A stretch of DNA of 64,000 nucleotides from Pseudomonadota bacterium (GCA_043825735.1 JBDRRP010000057.1:1-64000); one strand, 5' to 3'; shown: positions 8,029 through 18,300, counted from the first letter of the stretch. Notes: generated by a model not told the origin, from the sequence alone. Numbers and translations: made by a program.

Positions 8029-8736
8029 ATGGAAATTACAACAAAAACTCCTAAACGCGCCTCAAAAAGGCACCAGCCCAGAGGGCTTTCGATTATCCAT
8101 GAGGACAGGGATATCATCGTCGTTGATAAAATCAGCGGTCTTCTAACCGTCAGCAGCGAGAAAGTCCGGGAGAGAACCGCGTATTATCTGTTGACCGATT
8201 ACGTCAAAAAGGGAAACCCCAAATCAAAAAACCGGATATTCATCGTGCATCGCCTGGATAAGGATACTTCAGGCGTCATCGTTTTTGCAAAAAACGAAAA
8301 TGCCAAGCGCTATCTACAGGATGAATGGCAAAAGTGTACAAAAAAGTACTATGCTGTCGTACACGGCAGCTTGCCTAAAAAAGAGGGCGTCATTACGTCG
8401 TATCTTGCAGAAAACCGCGCGCATGTAATGTACTCGGTCGATGACCCGAAACAGGGAAAGCTTGCCAGGACAGGGTATAAAGTTCTGAGGGAATCAAAAA
8501 AGTACAGCCTGCTTGAAATCGATCTGCTGACAGGCCGGAAAAATCAGATCAGGGTCCATTTTTCTGAAAACGGGTGCCCGGTCGCCGGGGATAACAAATA
8601 CGGGGAACACGAAAAAAGCATCAAGCGATTGATGCTTCATGCGGCTTCGATAACGATCTGGCATCCATATACAAAAGAGAAGATGACCTTTGATGCAAAG
8701 ATTCCGGCGTATTTTGAGTCGCTGTTGAGAAGTTGA
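8029..8736 (+). CDS. RluA-family RNA pseudouridine synthase
   Basis: VHRLDKDTSG, TGRKNQIRVH, GDNKYG, LHA motifs. Confidence 0.95.
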   Translation: MEITTKTPKRASKRHQPRGLSIIHEDRDIIVVDKISGLLTVSSEKVRERTAYYLLTDYVKKGNPKSKNRIFIVHRLDKDTSGVIVFAKNENAKRYLQDEWQKCTKKYYAVVHGSLPKKEGVITSYLAENRAHVMYSVDDPKQGKLARTGYKVLRESKKYSLLEIDLLTGRKNQIRVHFSENGCPVAGDNKYGEHEKSIKRLMLHAASITIWHPYTKEKMTFDAKIPAYFESLLRS

Positions 8737-8765
8737 TGGCCGTGTTGCAAAAAAGGGAGTGCGGG

Positions 8766-9149
8766 ATGAATATACATGAAAAAATCAATTACGTTGAGTT
8801 CCCCGCTAAAAATATTCCCGCTACCAAAGATTTTTTTTCAGCCGCATTCGGATGGTCTTTTGTTGACTTTGGCCCGGAGTATATCGCGTTCTCAAATGAA
8901 GGCATCGATGGCGGTTTTTTTCAATCCGACCTGTGTGCTTCTTCCGAACGCGGCAGTGCGCTCATCGTTTTTTACAGTAAACATCTGGAAGGAACTCAAA
9001 TAAAAATCGAAGCGGCGGGCGGTTTAATCATAAAGCCGATATTTTCTTTTCCGGGGGGGCGGCGCTTTCATTTTTCCGATCCCAATGGCAATGAGTATGC
9101 AGTGTGGTCGGACATCGGAAACGGGAGTGAAAAGCAAACCAGCGGGTAG
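8766..9149 (+). CDS. VOC/glyoxalase family protein
   Basis: INYVEFP..FGWSF..GGRRFHFSDPNGNE. Confidence 0.9.
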   Translation: MNIHEKINYVEFPAKNIPATKDFFSAAFGWSFVDFGPEYIAFSNEGIDGGFFQSDLCASSERGSALIVFYSKHLEGTQIKIEAAGGLIIKPIFSFPGGRRFHFSDPNGNEYAVWSDIGNGSEKQTSG

Positions 9150-9320
9150 AAAAGCATAATGCGCTTATGCTGAGCACGCCAGTGTCTAATGAACGCTGGA
9201 GATCACTGCGGCAATTGAACCGTGCTGGTAATCGCCTTGATTTTTAGGCTGGTTTGGTGCCGTCGTCGTGGGCGCTGGCGGCAATATCGACGCGATTCGT
9301 ACAATTAAGGAGAACGGCGG

Positions 9321-9836
9321 ATGATGACAAGGGCGTTAAGAAAATTGGTTATAGCTATGGTTTTTGTGATGGTTGGAAGCCTGACAAGCAATTCCGTGGC
9401 GGCTGACAAGGCCGCGGTGTTGACGCTGTCCGATGCATTGTCCCAGGTCACGCTGTTCACGGGGTTGACCGATGCAGAAAGGGGCGCACTCCAATCGGCG
9501 GCGACACTGCGACGCGGCCTGGCGGGAGAGCGCATTATCCAGCAGGGGACCGCACTGGACACGATGTTCATCATTCTGGAGGGGCCGGCCGAGGTCCGGA
9601 TCAACGGCAAGCCCTTTGTCACCCTTACCGGTCAGACCCTCGTCGGCGAGGTCGAGTTTCTAGACCCGCTGTCGGCCAGCGCCGATGTGGTTCTTCTCAA
9701 AGAGACGAACCTGATAGCGTTGAATTTTGCCGCATTGTCGGAACTGATGGAAAAGCGGCCCCGATTGGGATTTGTGATCATGAGCGAGCTGGCCAGGATC
9801 GAAGCCAGGCGGCTTAGGGCGACCAATCCCAAATAG
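9321..9836 (+). CDS. Cyclic-nucleotide-binding domain protein with signal peptide
   Basis: LFTGL..GERIIQQG..FIILEG..VGEVEFL; hydrophobic N-terminus. Confidence 0.8.
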   Translation: MMTRALRKLVIAMVFVMVGSLTSNSVAADKAAVLTLSDALSQVTLFTGLTDAERGALQSAATLRRGLAGERIIQQGTALDTMFIILEGPAEVRINGKPFVTLTGQTLVGEVEFLDPLSASADVVLLKETNLIALNFAALSELMEKRPRLGFVIMSELARIEARRLRATNPK

Positions 9837-9871
9837 TGTCCATCCAGGAACAACCCATAAATCGGTGAGAT

Positions 9872-10396
9872 ATGTGTGCCGATCGAACGCCTTTGGGATA
9901 CATCCGAAAATACGACGCACTGGCAGAGTTCTTCCAGGATGCCGACCATGTCGATATCAAAACGATCGACGGCGAAAAATCGTTGCGCGGTTTCATCTCG
10001 GGAATGCTATCCTATTATCCTTGGTGGATTGCCGCGTTATACCGGATCAGAGAGATCTTAGTCCGTATTCTCGGTTTGGTGAAGCATGAATCGCCCGGTG
10101 CACCGATCCATTTTCGGGCGGAAGCGCTCCCGTTCGAGCCGGGAGAAGATATCTCGTTTTTCACTATAAGCAAAGCGATTGAAGACACCTATTGGGTTGC
10201 CAAAGCGCCAGAAGACAAGCATTTGACGGCGGCCCTGGGCGTGGTCGCCGAAAAATTGGCCGGCGATAAGACCCGGTTCCATGTATTTACAACAGTGAAG
10301 TATCTTCATTGGACAGGGCCGGTATATTTCAACCTGATTCGCCCATTTCACCACCTCGTCGTCTGGCGGATGATGGAAGCCGGAATCAAGCAGTAG
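9872..10396 (+). CDS. DUF2867-family protein (start uncertain)
   Basis: DKHL..G-x-VYFNLIRPFHHLVV. Confidence 0.8.
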   Translation: MCADRTPLGYIRKYDALAEFFQDADHVDIKTIDGEKSLRGFISGMLSYYPWWIAALYRIREILVRILGLVKHESPGAPIHFRAEALPFEPGEDISFFTISKAIEDTYWVAKAPEDKHLTAALGVVAEKLAGDKTRFHVFTTVKYLHWTGPVYFNLIRPFHHLVVWRMMEAGIKQ

Positions 10397-10406
10397 GAAT
10401 CAAATA

Positions 10407-10799
10407 ATGAAGAAAATATTGATCTACTTTGCAGCTGGGTGCCTCGGCGGTCTGGTGAACAGCCTTGCGGTATGGTTGGCCGGGGACCTTGGGATCACTA
10501 GATCACTGGGCGTATCGATTGCCCCGGCGTTGACCGCAAATTGGCTCTATCCCCGCATCGTGTGGGGCGGCATCTGGGGGCTGCTGTTTCTTTTGCCTAT
10601 GATGGATTCAAGGCTGTTTTCAAAGGGATCGGTGCTGAGTCTTTTTCCCACGCTCGCCCAGCTGTTTGTCATATTTCCCTATGTGGCAAAAAAGGGCGTG
10701 GCCGGTATCGAACTGGGCGTCCTCACGCCCGTTGCGGTCATCGTGTTCAACTGGATCTGGGGTGTCGTCGCAGCGCTGGCCATTAAGCTCTCAAAATAG
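10407..10799 (+). CDS. Hypothetical 4-TM membrane protein
   Basis: 130-aa hydrophobic ORF, WLYPRIVWGGIWG. Confidence 0.75.
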   Translation: MKKILIYFAAGCLGGLVNSLAVWLAGDLGITRSLGVSIAPALTANWLYPRIVWGGIWGLLFLLPMMDSRLFSKGSVLSLFPTLAQLFVIFPYVAKKGVAGIELGVLTPVAVIVFNWIWGVVAALAIKLSK

Positions 10800-10975
10800 C
10801 CGAAATGCGTTTCATCTTCCATGAAAACAGAAGCGTGATGAGTCAGGTGGTGTTTGACTGGCTGGACGATCTCTTTGACGCCGCCCCGGCCGCGCTGCCA
10901 AAATCCGGATGACAGCGCCGCCGGGCGCGTTTGCGGCACGGCCGGTGTGAGTCGTCTGAACCCAGGGATTTTTCC

Positions 10976-12088
10976 ATGAAACTCGATGCTTTCAGGCTTG
11001 AGCGCTATTTTGCCCGGCACGAATTTTCGGCCCGCTTTCTGCTGTGCGCCTCCGATTGTGAGAGCATGGCGCTGGGTGAATTGCTGGCGCTGGAACCGGA
11101 CGCGAGGGAGCGCTTTGACGCCCTTTGGCTGGGTTACACCGAGTCTTTAGGAAGCCCCGGTCTCAGGCGGGCGATCGCGCAGCTTTACGAAACGCTGACG
11201 CCCGAGCAGGTTCTCGTGCATGCCGGCGCCGAAGAGGCGATTTTCAATTTCATGAATGTCGCTCTCGCCCCCGGCGATCATGTCATTGTCCACAGCCCCT
11301 ATTATCAGTCCCTCGGTGCGGTGGCGGCGGGCATCGGTGCCCGGGTCTCCGAATGGGCGGGCAAGCCGGCTGCAGACTGGGAACTGGACCTGGGGGCGTT
11401 AAAACATGCCTTGACCGACCGAACGAAGCTCGTCGTGGTCAATTTCCCGCACAACCCGACGGGCTTTTTGCCCGGCATCGATTTCGTCCGCGACCTGTCG
11501 GCACTGTCCGAGCGCTGCGGTTTCACCATTTTCTCCGATGAAGTTTACCGGGGTCTTGAGGCGGACCCTGCGGATCGGCTGCCGGCGTTTGCCGATCTGA
11601 ACGCGCGCGCGGTGTCCCTGGGCGTGATGTCCAAGAGCTATGGTCTGGCCGGCCTGCGCATTGGATGGATCGCCACGCGAAATGAAAAGATCTACCAGGC
11701 CATGGCGGCCTTCAAGGACTACACCTCCATTTGCAACAGCGCGCCGAGCGAGTTTCTCGCCGAGCTGGCGCTGCGCCATCGCGGGCCGATCGTTTCACGC
11801 AACCTTGAGATCATCCGCAGCAATCTTGACCGGCTTGACCACTTCTTCGACACCCATGCGGAGATGTTCGCCTGGCACCGGCCCAAAGCGGGCGCCATTG
11901 CCTTCCCGGAGCTGCTGAAGGGATCCGTGGGGGTGCTGTGCCGCGATCTTCTCCAGTATGCCGGGGTGCTGCTGCTTCCCGGCAATCTGTACGGGCATGA
12001 TTACAATTGCTTCCGCATCGGTTTTGGTCGGAAAAGCCTGCCCGAAGCCATCGACCGGTTTGATGCGTTTCTCAGAGACGCCGGATAA
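10976..12088 (+). CDS. PLP-dependent aminotransferase class I/II
   Basis: NFPHNPTG, SDEVYR, MSKSYGLAGLRIGW. Confidence 0.93.
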   Translation: MKLDAFRLERYFARHEFSARFLLCASDCESMALGELLALEPDARERFDALWLGYTESLGSPGLRRAIAQLYETLTPEQVLVHAGAEEAIFNFMNVALAPGDHVIVHSPYYQSLGAVAAGIGARVSEWAGKPAADWELDLGALKHALTDRTKLVVVNFPHNPTGFLPGIDFVRDLSALSERCGFTIFSDEVYRGLEADPADRLPAFADLNARAVSLGVMSKSYGLAGLRIGWIATRNEKIYQAMAAFKDYTSICNSAPSEFLAELALRHRGPIVSRNLEIIRSNLDRLDHFFDTHAEMFAWHRPKAGAIAFPELLKGSVGVLCRDLLQYAGVLLLPGNLYGHDYNCFRIGFGRKSLPEAIDRFDAFLRDAG

Positions 12089-12092
12089 CGAT

Positions 12093-12488
12093 ATGCTTGG
12101 AGAACTCCCTCTGATGATCCCAAGGTGTTGTTCGAAAAGCCCTTGTTTTGATGTCATCGTCATGGCCACCCCCATCTACTGGTGGAGTTTCACGGCCCAG
12201 ATCAAAATGTTCATCGACCGGATGTTCAGTTTGAGCAAGTTCCCCGAGAGCGGCGAGATCCGGACCGTGCTCGCCGGCAAGACGCTCGCCCTGCTGGCAA
12301 CGGGCGGTGGCGGACTGGCGGGCAACCTGGAACTTCTGGAGCGCCAGTGGCGGCAACCGGCAGAGATGATGGGTCGGCCCTTCCATTCGTGTCTGTTTCC
12401 AGATACACCGCCGGAAGCCGGCGTGCTCAAGGATGACCCTGCGGCCGTGGAGAAAGCTGCCGCTTTCGGCCGACTGCTGGCGGCCTGA
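12093..12488 (+). pseudogene. 5'-truncated flavodoxin-fold / NADPH-dependent FMN reductase family gene
   Basis: DVIVMATPIYWWSFTAQIKMFIDR..LAGK present; N-terminal GSPR/FMN loop and Cys cluster absent. Confidence 0.6.
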
Positions 12489-12675
12489 TCGCCGCCGGCG
12501 ATTCCACCAAAGACGGGGGAGGGAAAGGGAAAGATGGCTCCCAAGCGCATTTGGGAAAGAGTGCACCGCATGTCAGACGACTGGCTGAATTATTTGAAAA
12601 TTGCGCGGTAAGCCATTTGAGCACCCATGGAAACCGCTGCGATCGGTGATCTGTCGGGGTGCCGAGGAGCTGCAA

Positions 12676-13722
12676 ATGAATTATCGATCCGGAGTAACCA
12701 AATTGATCATCGGTCTGCTGATCGGCGCTGCAACGGCACTGCCGGCCGGCACTGGCCACACCGACGATCAGGCGGCCCTGCGCCAGGTGGTGGATACCCA
12801 TCCGGCCCGCGCGGCCGCCACCTGGCAGGCGCTGGCCGGAAAACCGATCAAAGATCGGATTCTGCCGGCCCCGGCCGTTCTGATCGACTACCTGATCGCC
12901 GACAACCAGTACCAGGGCTACCCCGACCGGCCCCGGCCGGCGGTGGTCGATTCGGGATTTTTAGGGGACATCACCGGGGCCGTGGCGGGCATTGCTCCGG
13001 CCGTCCAGCCCCACATCCGCGACCACGTGGTGGCGATTTTTCTCGCCCGTGATCTTGGCAGCACGGCTTACGGAGAACTGCTCAGGGATTTTGACACGAA
13101 TAAGATGGGGTTCATCGTGCTGGACGTGGACGCCCTGAACCGCAGGGCCAACGACTGGATCACCTGGCGAGAGCGCAGCCCCTTTGCCGGAAGCGGGCCA
13201 CCGCAGCTTACCGCCGGTATCGCCAAACAGGCCGGCGATACGCGGGCCGCCGCGATCCGGTATATCCTGCTTCACGAGATCGGGCATATCGTCGGTGTCG
13301 CCAAGAAAGCGCATTCCAGTTGGTTTGATGGAGGAGATCCCAAAGATTTCGGTTTCACCGCGATCTCATGGGTGGCCGCTGCCGACGGGAAGGGGGCCGA
13401 CAGCCGGTTTGACGCCGCGTTTACGCAGCGCCGGCGCATCACTTACTATCGTTTCAAGGACGCCCTTCTGGATGCGGCGCAGATGGTAGAAACGTATAGG
13501 CAACTGGCGGCCACCGATTTCGTTTCACTGTATGCGGCCACCAACATGTACGAGGACTTTGCCGAAACCTATGCCATGTACGTGCACGTGGTACTCCAGG
13601 GGCAGTCATGGACGGTGGATGTTCACGATGCCAACGGCGCCAGCGTGCTGCAACTGATGAATCCGATTCTCGAGACGCGGTGCCGGGCCAAGAAGCAATA
13701 CCTCGATCGATGGTTCCGGTAG
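12676..13722 (+). CDS. Exported putative zinc metallopeptidase
   Basis: Signal peptide; HEIGH (HExxH) and distal EDFAE. Confidence 0.7.
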   Translation: MNYRSGVTKLIIGLLIGAATALPAGTGHTDDQAALRQVVDTHPARAAATWQALAGKPIKDRILPAPAVLIDYLIADNQYQGYPDRPRPAVVDSGFLGDITGAVAGIAPAVQPHIRDHVVAIFLARDLGSTAYGELLRDFDTNKMGFIVLDVDALNRRANDWITWRERSPFAGSGPPQLTAGIAKQAGDTRAAAIRYILLHEIGHIVGVAKKAHSSWFDGGDPKDFGFTAISWVAAADGKGADSRFDAAFTQRRRITYYRFKDALLDAAQMVETYRQLAATDFVSLYAATNMYEDFAETYAMYVHVVLQGQSWTVDVHDANGASVLQLMNPILETRCRAKKQYLDRWFR

Positions 13723-13733
13723 CGCAGGAAGCG

Positions 13734-15257
13734 ATGAGCATGGGTTTTTCATTTTCAAGATTTCTGGCCGAAAACCGGGAAACGATCGTTCCCGAGTGGG
13801 TCGACAGGCTCATGCGGGTGGGGGACCGGTATCCCGCGCGGCCCCGGAAGGAACTGCTGTCCACGATCTCGGAGGCTTATGACGCCAACACCCAGGCCCT
13901 GCTCAAGGACGATTATACGGCAATCAACCGTTTCATCGACAAGATCATCCGACTGCGGCTCGACGATGGATTCCTGCTTTCAGACGTGCAGATGGCCTTC
14001 GAGCTGTTTCGCAGCATCAGCTTGCCCCTGCTTGCCACGGTGACCACCGCTGCGGAACTGACAGCCGCCGTGATCAAGATCAACCGGTGCATGACCCATA
14101 CCATCCACCGGTTCAGCGACCGGTTCCAGGCCATGCACCATACCAAGATCTTGGAGCACAACCGCCAGCTTACCGAGGAGGTGCGGCGGCGAACCGCTGC
14201 ACTGAAGGAATCAGAGCTAAAGTACAAGGTGCTGGTGGAAGAAATCAACGATGGCTATATCGTGATTCAGGACAATCTCGTGGTGTTCGCCAACCCGGCT
14301 TTCTGCAAAATGCACGGATATCCCTCGAGCGAAGTTCTCGGCCGGGATTTTTCCCTCTTCATCGATCCGGAAAGCCGGGAGCGGGTTGTCGCGCGTTACC
14401 ACCGGAGTCTGACCCGGCAAGATCCGCCCCGCACCTTTGAATACCTTCGGCTCACCCGGCGGGGGCAGAGCTACCCTACTGAAATACTCGCCAAAACAAC
14501 GATATACGACAACAAGTTGTCCAGCCTCGGCATCTGCCGGGATATCACCGACCGGGTCCTGATGGAAAAAAAAGTCAGGGAATCAGAGCGAATGGCTTAC
14601 ATCGGGCAGATCGCCACCTCCCTGTCTCATGAAATCCGCAACCCGCTGTCATCGGTCCAGATGAACCTGCAGATTCTCAAAAAAAATCCAAACATCCAGG
14701 GAAACGACCAGCGGCGGATCGACATTTCGGTGCAGGAGGTGAAACGGCTCGAACACATTCTCAAGGAGCTGCTCGATTTTGCCAAGCCGATCCAGCTTCA
14801 GCTGCGCCGCGAATCGCTCGGCCAGATCATCTCCGAGTCGGTGGAACTGCTGGAAATGAAGTTTCGCGAGCAGCAGGTGGACATCCAGACGGCTCTGGAC
14901 CCTCTGGTGCCCGCCGTTTACGCGGACAGGGAAAAACTCGGACAGGCCCTGATCAACCTGCTTCTCAACGGCCTTGAAGCCTCGGCACCGGGCGGACGGA
15001 TCACAATTGAAAGCCGGTTCCTGTATCACCGCGATCAACACGTTCAGATTGTCGTTTCCGACGAGGGCTGCGGCCTGCCCGACGCCGGGCCGGAGGAAAT
15101 CTTCAAACCCTTTTTCACAACCAAGAGCAAGGGGACGGGCCTGGGTCTCAGTAATGTGCGGCGTATCGTCGAAGCCCACAAGGGAACCATCCACGCGAAG
15201 GCCCGCGACCCCCAAGGCGCGGTTTTTTCGATTCTGCTGCCGCACTACGGGAGCTGA
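13734..15257 (+). CDS. Cytoplasmic PAS sensor histidine kinase (RsbRD-N-like N-terminus)
   Basis: H-box SHEIRNPL, N-box NLLLNGLEA, DEGCG, GTGLGL; PAS domain; no TM segment. Confidence 0.92.
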   Translation: MSMGFSFSRFLAENRETIVPEWVDRLMRVGDRYPARPRKELLSTISEAYDANTQALLKDDYTAINRFIDKIIRLRLDDGFLLSDVQMAFELFRSISLPLLATVTTAAELTAAVIKINRCMTHTIHRFSDRFQAMHHTKILEHNRQLTEEVRRRTAALKESELKYKVLVEEINDGYIVIQDNLVVFANPAFCKMHGYPSSEVLGRDFSLFIDPESRERVVARYHRSLTRQDPPRTFEYLRLTRRGQSYPTEILAKTTIYDNKLSSLGICRDITDRVLMEKKVRESERMAYIGQIATSLSHEIRNPLSSVQMNLQILKKNPNIQGNDQRRIDISVQEVKRLEHILKELLDFAKPIQLQLRRESLGQIISESVELLEMKFREQQVDIQTALDPLVPAVYADREKLGQALINLLLNGLEASAPGGRITIESRFLYHRDQHVQIVVSDEGCGLPDAGPEEIFKPFFTTKSKGTGLGLSNVRRIVEAHKGTIHAKARDPQGAVFSILLPHYGS

Positions 15258-15259
15258 CG

Positions 15260-16633
15260 ATGGCAAAAATACTGGTTATCGACGATGAGCACAGCATCTG
15301 CGAAACCCTCGAGATGTTTCTGAGCGAAAAGGGGCATCGGGTTTTCACCGCCGCAACCGGAAAGGAAGGGGTTGCCCGCGCCTGCGAGATCGAACCGGAT
15401 ATCGTGATCCTCGACATCCGCCTGCCCGATGCCAATGGCCTTGACCTTTTAACGCGTATCCGGGAAACCGCCGCGCTGACCAAGGTCATCATGATCACCG
15501 CCTACCAGGACATGGAAACCACGATCCAGGCGATGAAGCGGGGGGCTTTCGATTATATCCACAAGCCCCTGGATGCCGACGTGGTGGAGAAAACAATCGA
15601 TCGTGCACTGCGGGTGCTCAAGGCGGACCGGTCCGCGCCAGCGGTTAAAGCGGCGCCGGCGCCGGTGGATCCGGAGGTGATCATCGGACGCAGTGAACCG
15701 ATGCGCGACATTTTCAAGATGATCGGGCTGGTGTGCCAGAATCGCGCCGCCGTATTGATCCAGGGGGAAACCGGCACAGGGAAGGAACTGATCGCCCGGG
15801 TGATCCACAAAAACAGCCCCCGGCAAAAAGACGCCTTTGTCACGGTCGACTGCTCGGCGGTGGTTGCGACCCTGCTTGAATCGGAACTTTTCGGGCACGA
15901 AAAAGGGGCTTTTACCGGTGCCACCCATACCCAGAAGGGAAAAATAGAGCAGGCTGGCAGCGGAACCTTGTTCCTGGACGAAATCGGGGAGCTTCCGCTC
16001 GCCATACAGGGAAAATTTCTCGGTTTCCTGCAGCGGCAGCAGTACATGCGGGTGGGGGGATCCTCACTGCTGGAATCCCGCTGTCGCATCATTGCCGCCA
16101 CCAACCAAGACCTGTTTTCCATGGTGGAAAAAGGCGCGTTCCGGCAGGATCTGTTTTACCGGCTCCGGGTGGTGACCATCCTGGTGCCGCCGCTGCGCCA
16201 CCGCCTGGAAGACATACCGGACCTCGTGGGCCACTTCCTGCAGAAGGCCAACATGCGGCTGGCTACCGGGGTGACCCGCCTTCAAAACGGCGTCATGGAT
16301 CGGCTTTGCAGCCAACCGTGGACCGGGAATGTGCGGGAACTGGAAAACGTTCTGGTGGAGGCCGCGGTCCGGGCCCGGGGCAGTGTCATATTGCTCGACG
16401 ACATCGAAGACATCCTCAGGAGCCGCGAGCGGGAGCTGGACGCCGGGGTCGAACCGGAGTCCCTGCCTGAAATGGAAAAAGAGCACATCCGCAGCCTCCT
16501 GGACAAATTGGACTGGAACCGGAGCGAGACCGCCCGGCGTCTCAAGATTTCCCTCCCCACGCTTCGCAGCAAAATCAGAAAATACGGCCTGGTACCGCCC
16601 GAAGGCTTGGCCGCCGAAACCGAACCCAAGTGA
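15260..16633 (+). CDS. Sigma54-dependent response regulator (NtrC/AtoC family)
   Basis: REC domain, GETGTGKE, GAFTGA, WTGNVREL, Fis-type HTH. Confidence 0.95.
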   Translation: MAKILVIDDEHSICETLEMFLSEKGHRVFTAATGKEGVARACEIEPDIVILDIRLPDANGLDLLTRIRETAALTKVIMITAYQDMETTIQAMKRGAFDYIHKPLDADVVEKTIDRALRVLKADRSAPAVKAAPAPVDPEVIIGRSEPMRDIFKMIGLVCQNRAAVLIQGETGTGKELIARVIHKNSPRQKDAFVTVDCSAVVATLLESELFGHEKGAFTGATHTQKGKIEQAGSGTLFLDEIGELPLAIQGKFLGFLQRQQYMRVGGSSLLESRCRIIAATNQDLFSMVEKGAFRQDLFYRLRVVTILVPPLRHRLEDIPDLVGHFLQKANMRLATGVTRLQNGVMDRLCSQPWTGNVRELENVLVEAAVRARGSVILLDDIEDILRSRERELDAGVEPESLPEMEKEHIRSLLDKLDWNRSETARRLKISLPTLRSKIRKYGLVPPEGLAAETEPK

Positions 16634-16702
16634 GCACTCCTGCGGCTCAATTATTACACTCGCCTTGAACTCACGCAAAAATCCTAATTCTCGAGCCGAT
16701 AC

Positions 16703-16739
16703 TAGAAAGAATCTTTCTACCACTGGAACAAGTCTTTCC
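16703..16739. promoter_or_regulatory. Candidate enhancer (UAS) pair for the sigma54 activator
   Basis: Palindrome TAGAAAGA-A-TCTTTCTA and degenerate copy GGAACAAGTCTTTCC, 100-135 bp upstream of the sigma54 site. Confidence 0.55.
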
Positions 16740-16837
16740 CCCCGCTCGTGCCGTCGCTGAATGTCATACATTTAAATTATTTCATTTTTCAAATTACATT
16801 CAGTCATTTGGTGCCAGCGGTTCATGTTCTGGCGCCG

Positions 16838-16852
16838 TGGCACGATGCTTGC
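16838..16852 (+). promoter_or_regulatory. Sigma54 -24/-12 promoter
   Basis: TGGCAC-GATGC-TTGC, consensus match 50 bp upstream of the ABC operon. Confidence 0.88.
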
Positions 16853-16902
16853 GATCTGAAACCTGATCAACACTTGTTACCCCACACCAAGGAGGGATAA
16901 AA

Positions 16903-18174
16903 ATGATGAACAGGCATGTGAAGGCGTTGCTCCTAGTAGCGGTTGCCGTGCTGCTCCTCTTGCCGGCACCAGCCGTGCAGGCGGCCAAACCGATCGTTTT
17001 AGGCTGCCCCCTGTCGACCGCTTTTCTCTATGGGTGGACCGCGGAACGCGGCGTCAAACTCGCCGTGGACGAGATCAACGCCGCAGGCGGGGTGAACGTC
17101 GGCGGCAAAAAGCGGCCCTTCTCCGTCGAGGTCATCGACACCCGGGATTTGGAGCCGGGCGTGCCGGTGAGCGAAGCGCTGCTGGCGGTGGAAAAGCTGA
17201 TCCTCGACAAACAGGCTGATTTCCTCATCGGCGGGCCGGTCCGTTCGGAAGCCGCCCTGGCAGCCATGCCGCTTTTGTCCAAGTACAAGAAGGTCTCCAT
17301 CGTCACCAGCGGCGTGCTGACGCCGAAGTACCACGCCCAGGTGGCCGAAAACTACGACAAGTACAAATACTGCTTCCGCATCCACGGCGAGGCCAAGAAT
17401 CTGGTCGGGGAAATGTTTGCCAATTTCGGCAAACTTAAGGAAAAATACGGTTTCACCAAGCTGTTCATCATGGCCCAGGATGTCTCCCATGCACGGGGCG
17501 CCGCCGAGGTGATGCAAAAGGTCGCCGCCAAGTCGGGCTGGGACGTCACCGGCGTGGAGATCTATCCCACCGGCGCTACGGATTTTTCCATGGGGCTCAT
17601 CAAAGCCAAAGATACCGGCGCTCAAATTATCAATATCTGGATGGACATGCCGGAAAGCGCCATTCTTCTCAAGCAGTGGTACGACATGAAAATTCCCGCG
17701 CTGCCTTTCGGATCGACCCTGGCCGCCGCTGAGCAGCCCGGTTTCTGGAAGGCCACCGAGGGCAAGGGCGAATATACCCTGTGCAACGTGGTCAACGCCG
17801 GAAACGCCCCTTCCAAGGCCACTGACTGGACCATGAAATTCTACGACGCCTACACCCAGAAATGGGGTGTGGAACCGGAAGGCCTGGGGGCCTCGAGCAG
17901 TTACATGGCGGTGTATGTCCTGCGCGACGCCATCGAGCGCGCCGGCAGCCTCGATCCGGACAAAGTCGTGGCGGAACTGGAGAAGACCGATGTCATGGGT
18001 GTGTACGGACGGCTCCGGTTCGATCCGAAAAGCCACCAGGTTATCCCCGGAAAAGATCCTAAAGAAGCCGCCGTTGGCAGCATCCTCCAGTGGCAGAACG
18101 GGAAACGCGTGGTTGTTTACCCGGACAGCATCGCCACCGGAGAAATTGAACTGCCCCCGTGGATGAAAAAATAG
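16903..18174 (+). CDS. Liv-type ABC transporter substrate-binding protein
   Basis: Signal peptide; LAVDEINAAGGV; AIERAGSLDPDKV. Confidence 0.92.
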   Translation: MMNRHVKALLLVAVAVLLLLPAPAVQAAKPIVLGCPLSTAFLYGWTAERGVKLAVDEINAAGGVNVGGKKRPFSVEVIDTRDLEPGVPVSEALLAVEKLILDKQADFLIGGPVRSEAALAAMPLLSKYKKVSIVTSGVLTPKYHAQVAENYDKYKYCFRIHGEAKNLVGEMFANFGKLKEKYGFTKLFIMAQDVSHARGAAEVMQKVAAKSGWDVTGVEIYPTGATDFSMGLIKAKDTGAQIINIWMDMPESAILLKQWYDMKIPALPFGSTLAAAEQPGFWKATEGKGEYTLCNVVNAGNAPSKATDWTMKFYDAYTQKWGVEPEGLGASSSYMAVYVLRDAIERAGSLDPDKVVAELEKTDVMGVYGRLRFDPKSHQVIPGKDPKEAAVGSILQWQNGKRVVVYPDSIATGEIELPPWMKK

Positions 18175-18181
18175 CCCGATA

Positions 18182-18218
18182 GGACCGCCGGGGACTTCAA
18201 AACCGGCTCCGGCGGTCC
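18182..18218 (+). terminator. Intra-operon stem-loop after the binding-protein gene
   Basis: GGACCGCCGG..CCGGCGGTCC; no U tract, so possibly an mRNA-stabilising hairpin. Confidence 0.45.
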
Positions 18219-18263
18219 GGGTATGGATAGGGGCCAGGGGACACCATCGCGCCCATTGAAGTG

Positions 18264-18300
18264 CCTTGAACCCTTGACCCCTTGGATCCTCGGACCCTTT
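18264..18300. repeat. Degenerate 8-bp tandem repeat
   Basis: CCTTGAAC CCTTGACC CCTTGGAT CCTCGGAC CCTTT. Confidence 0.7.
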
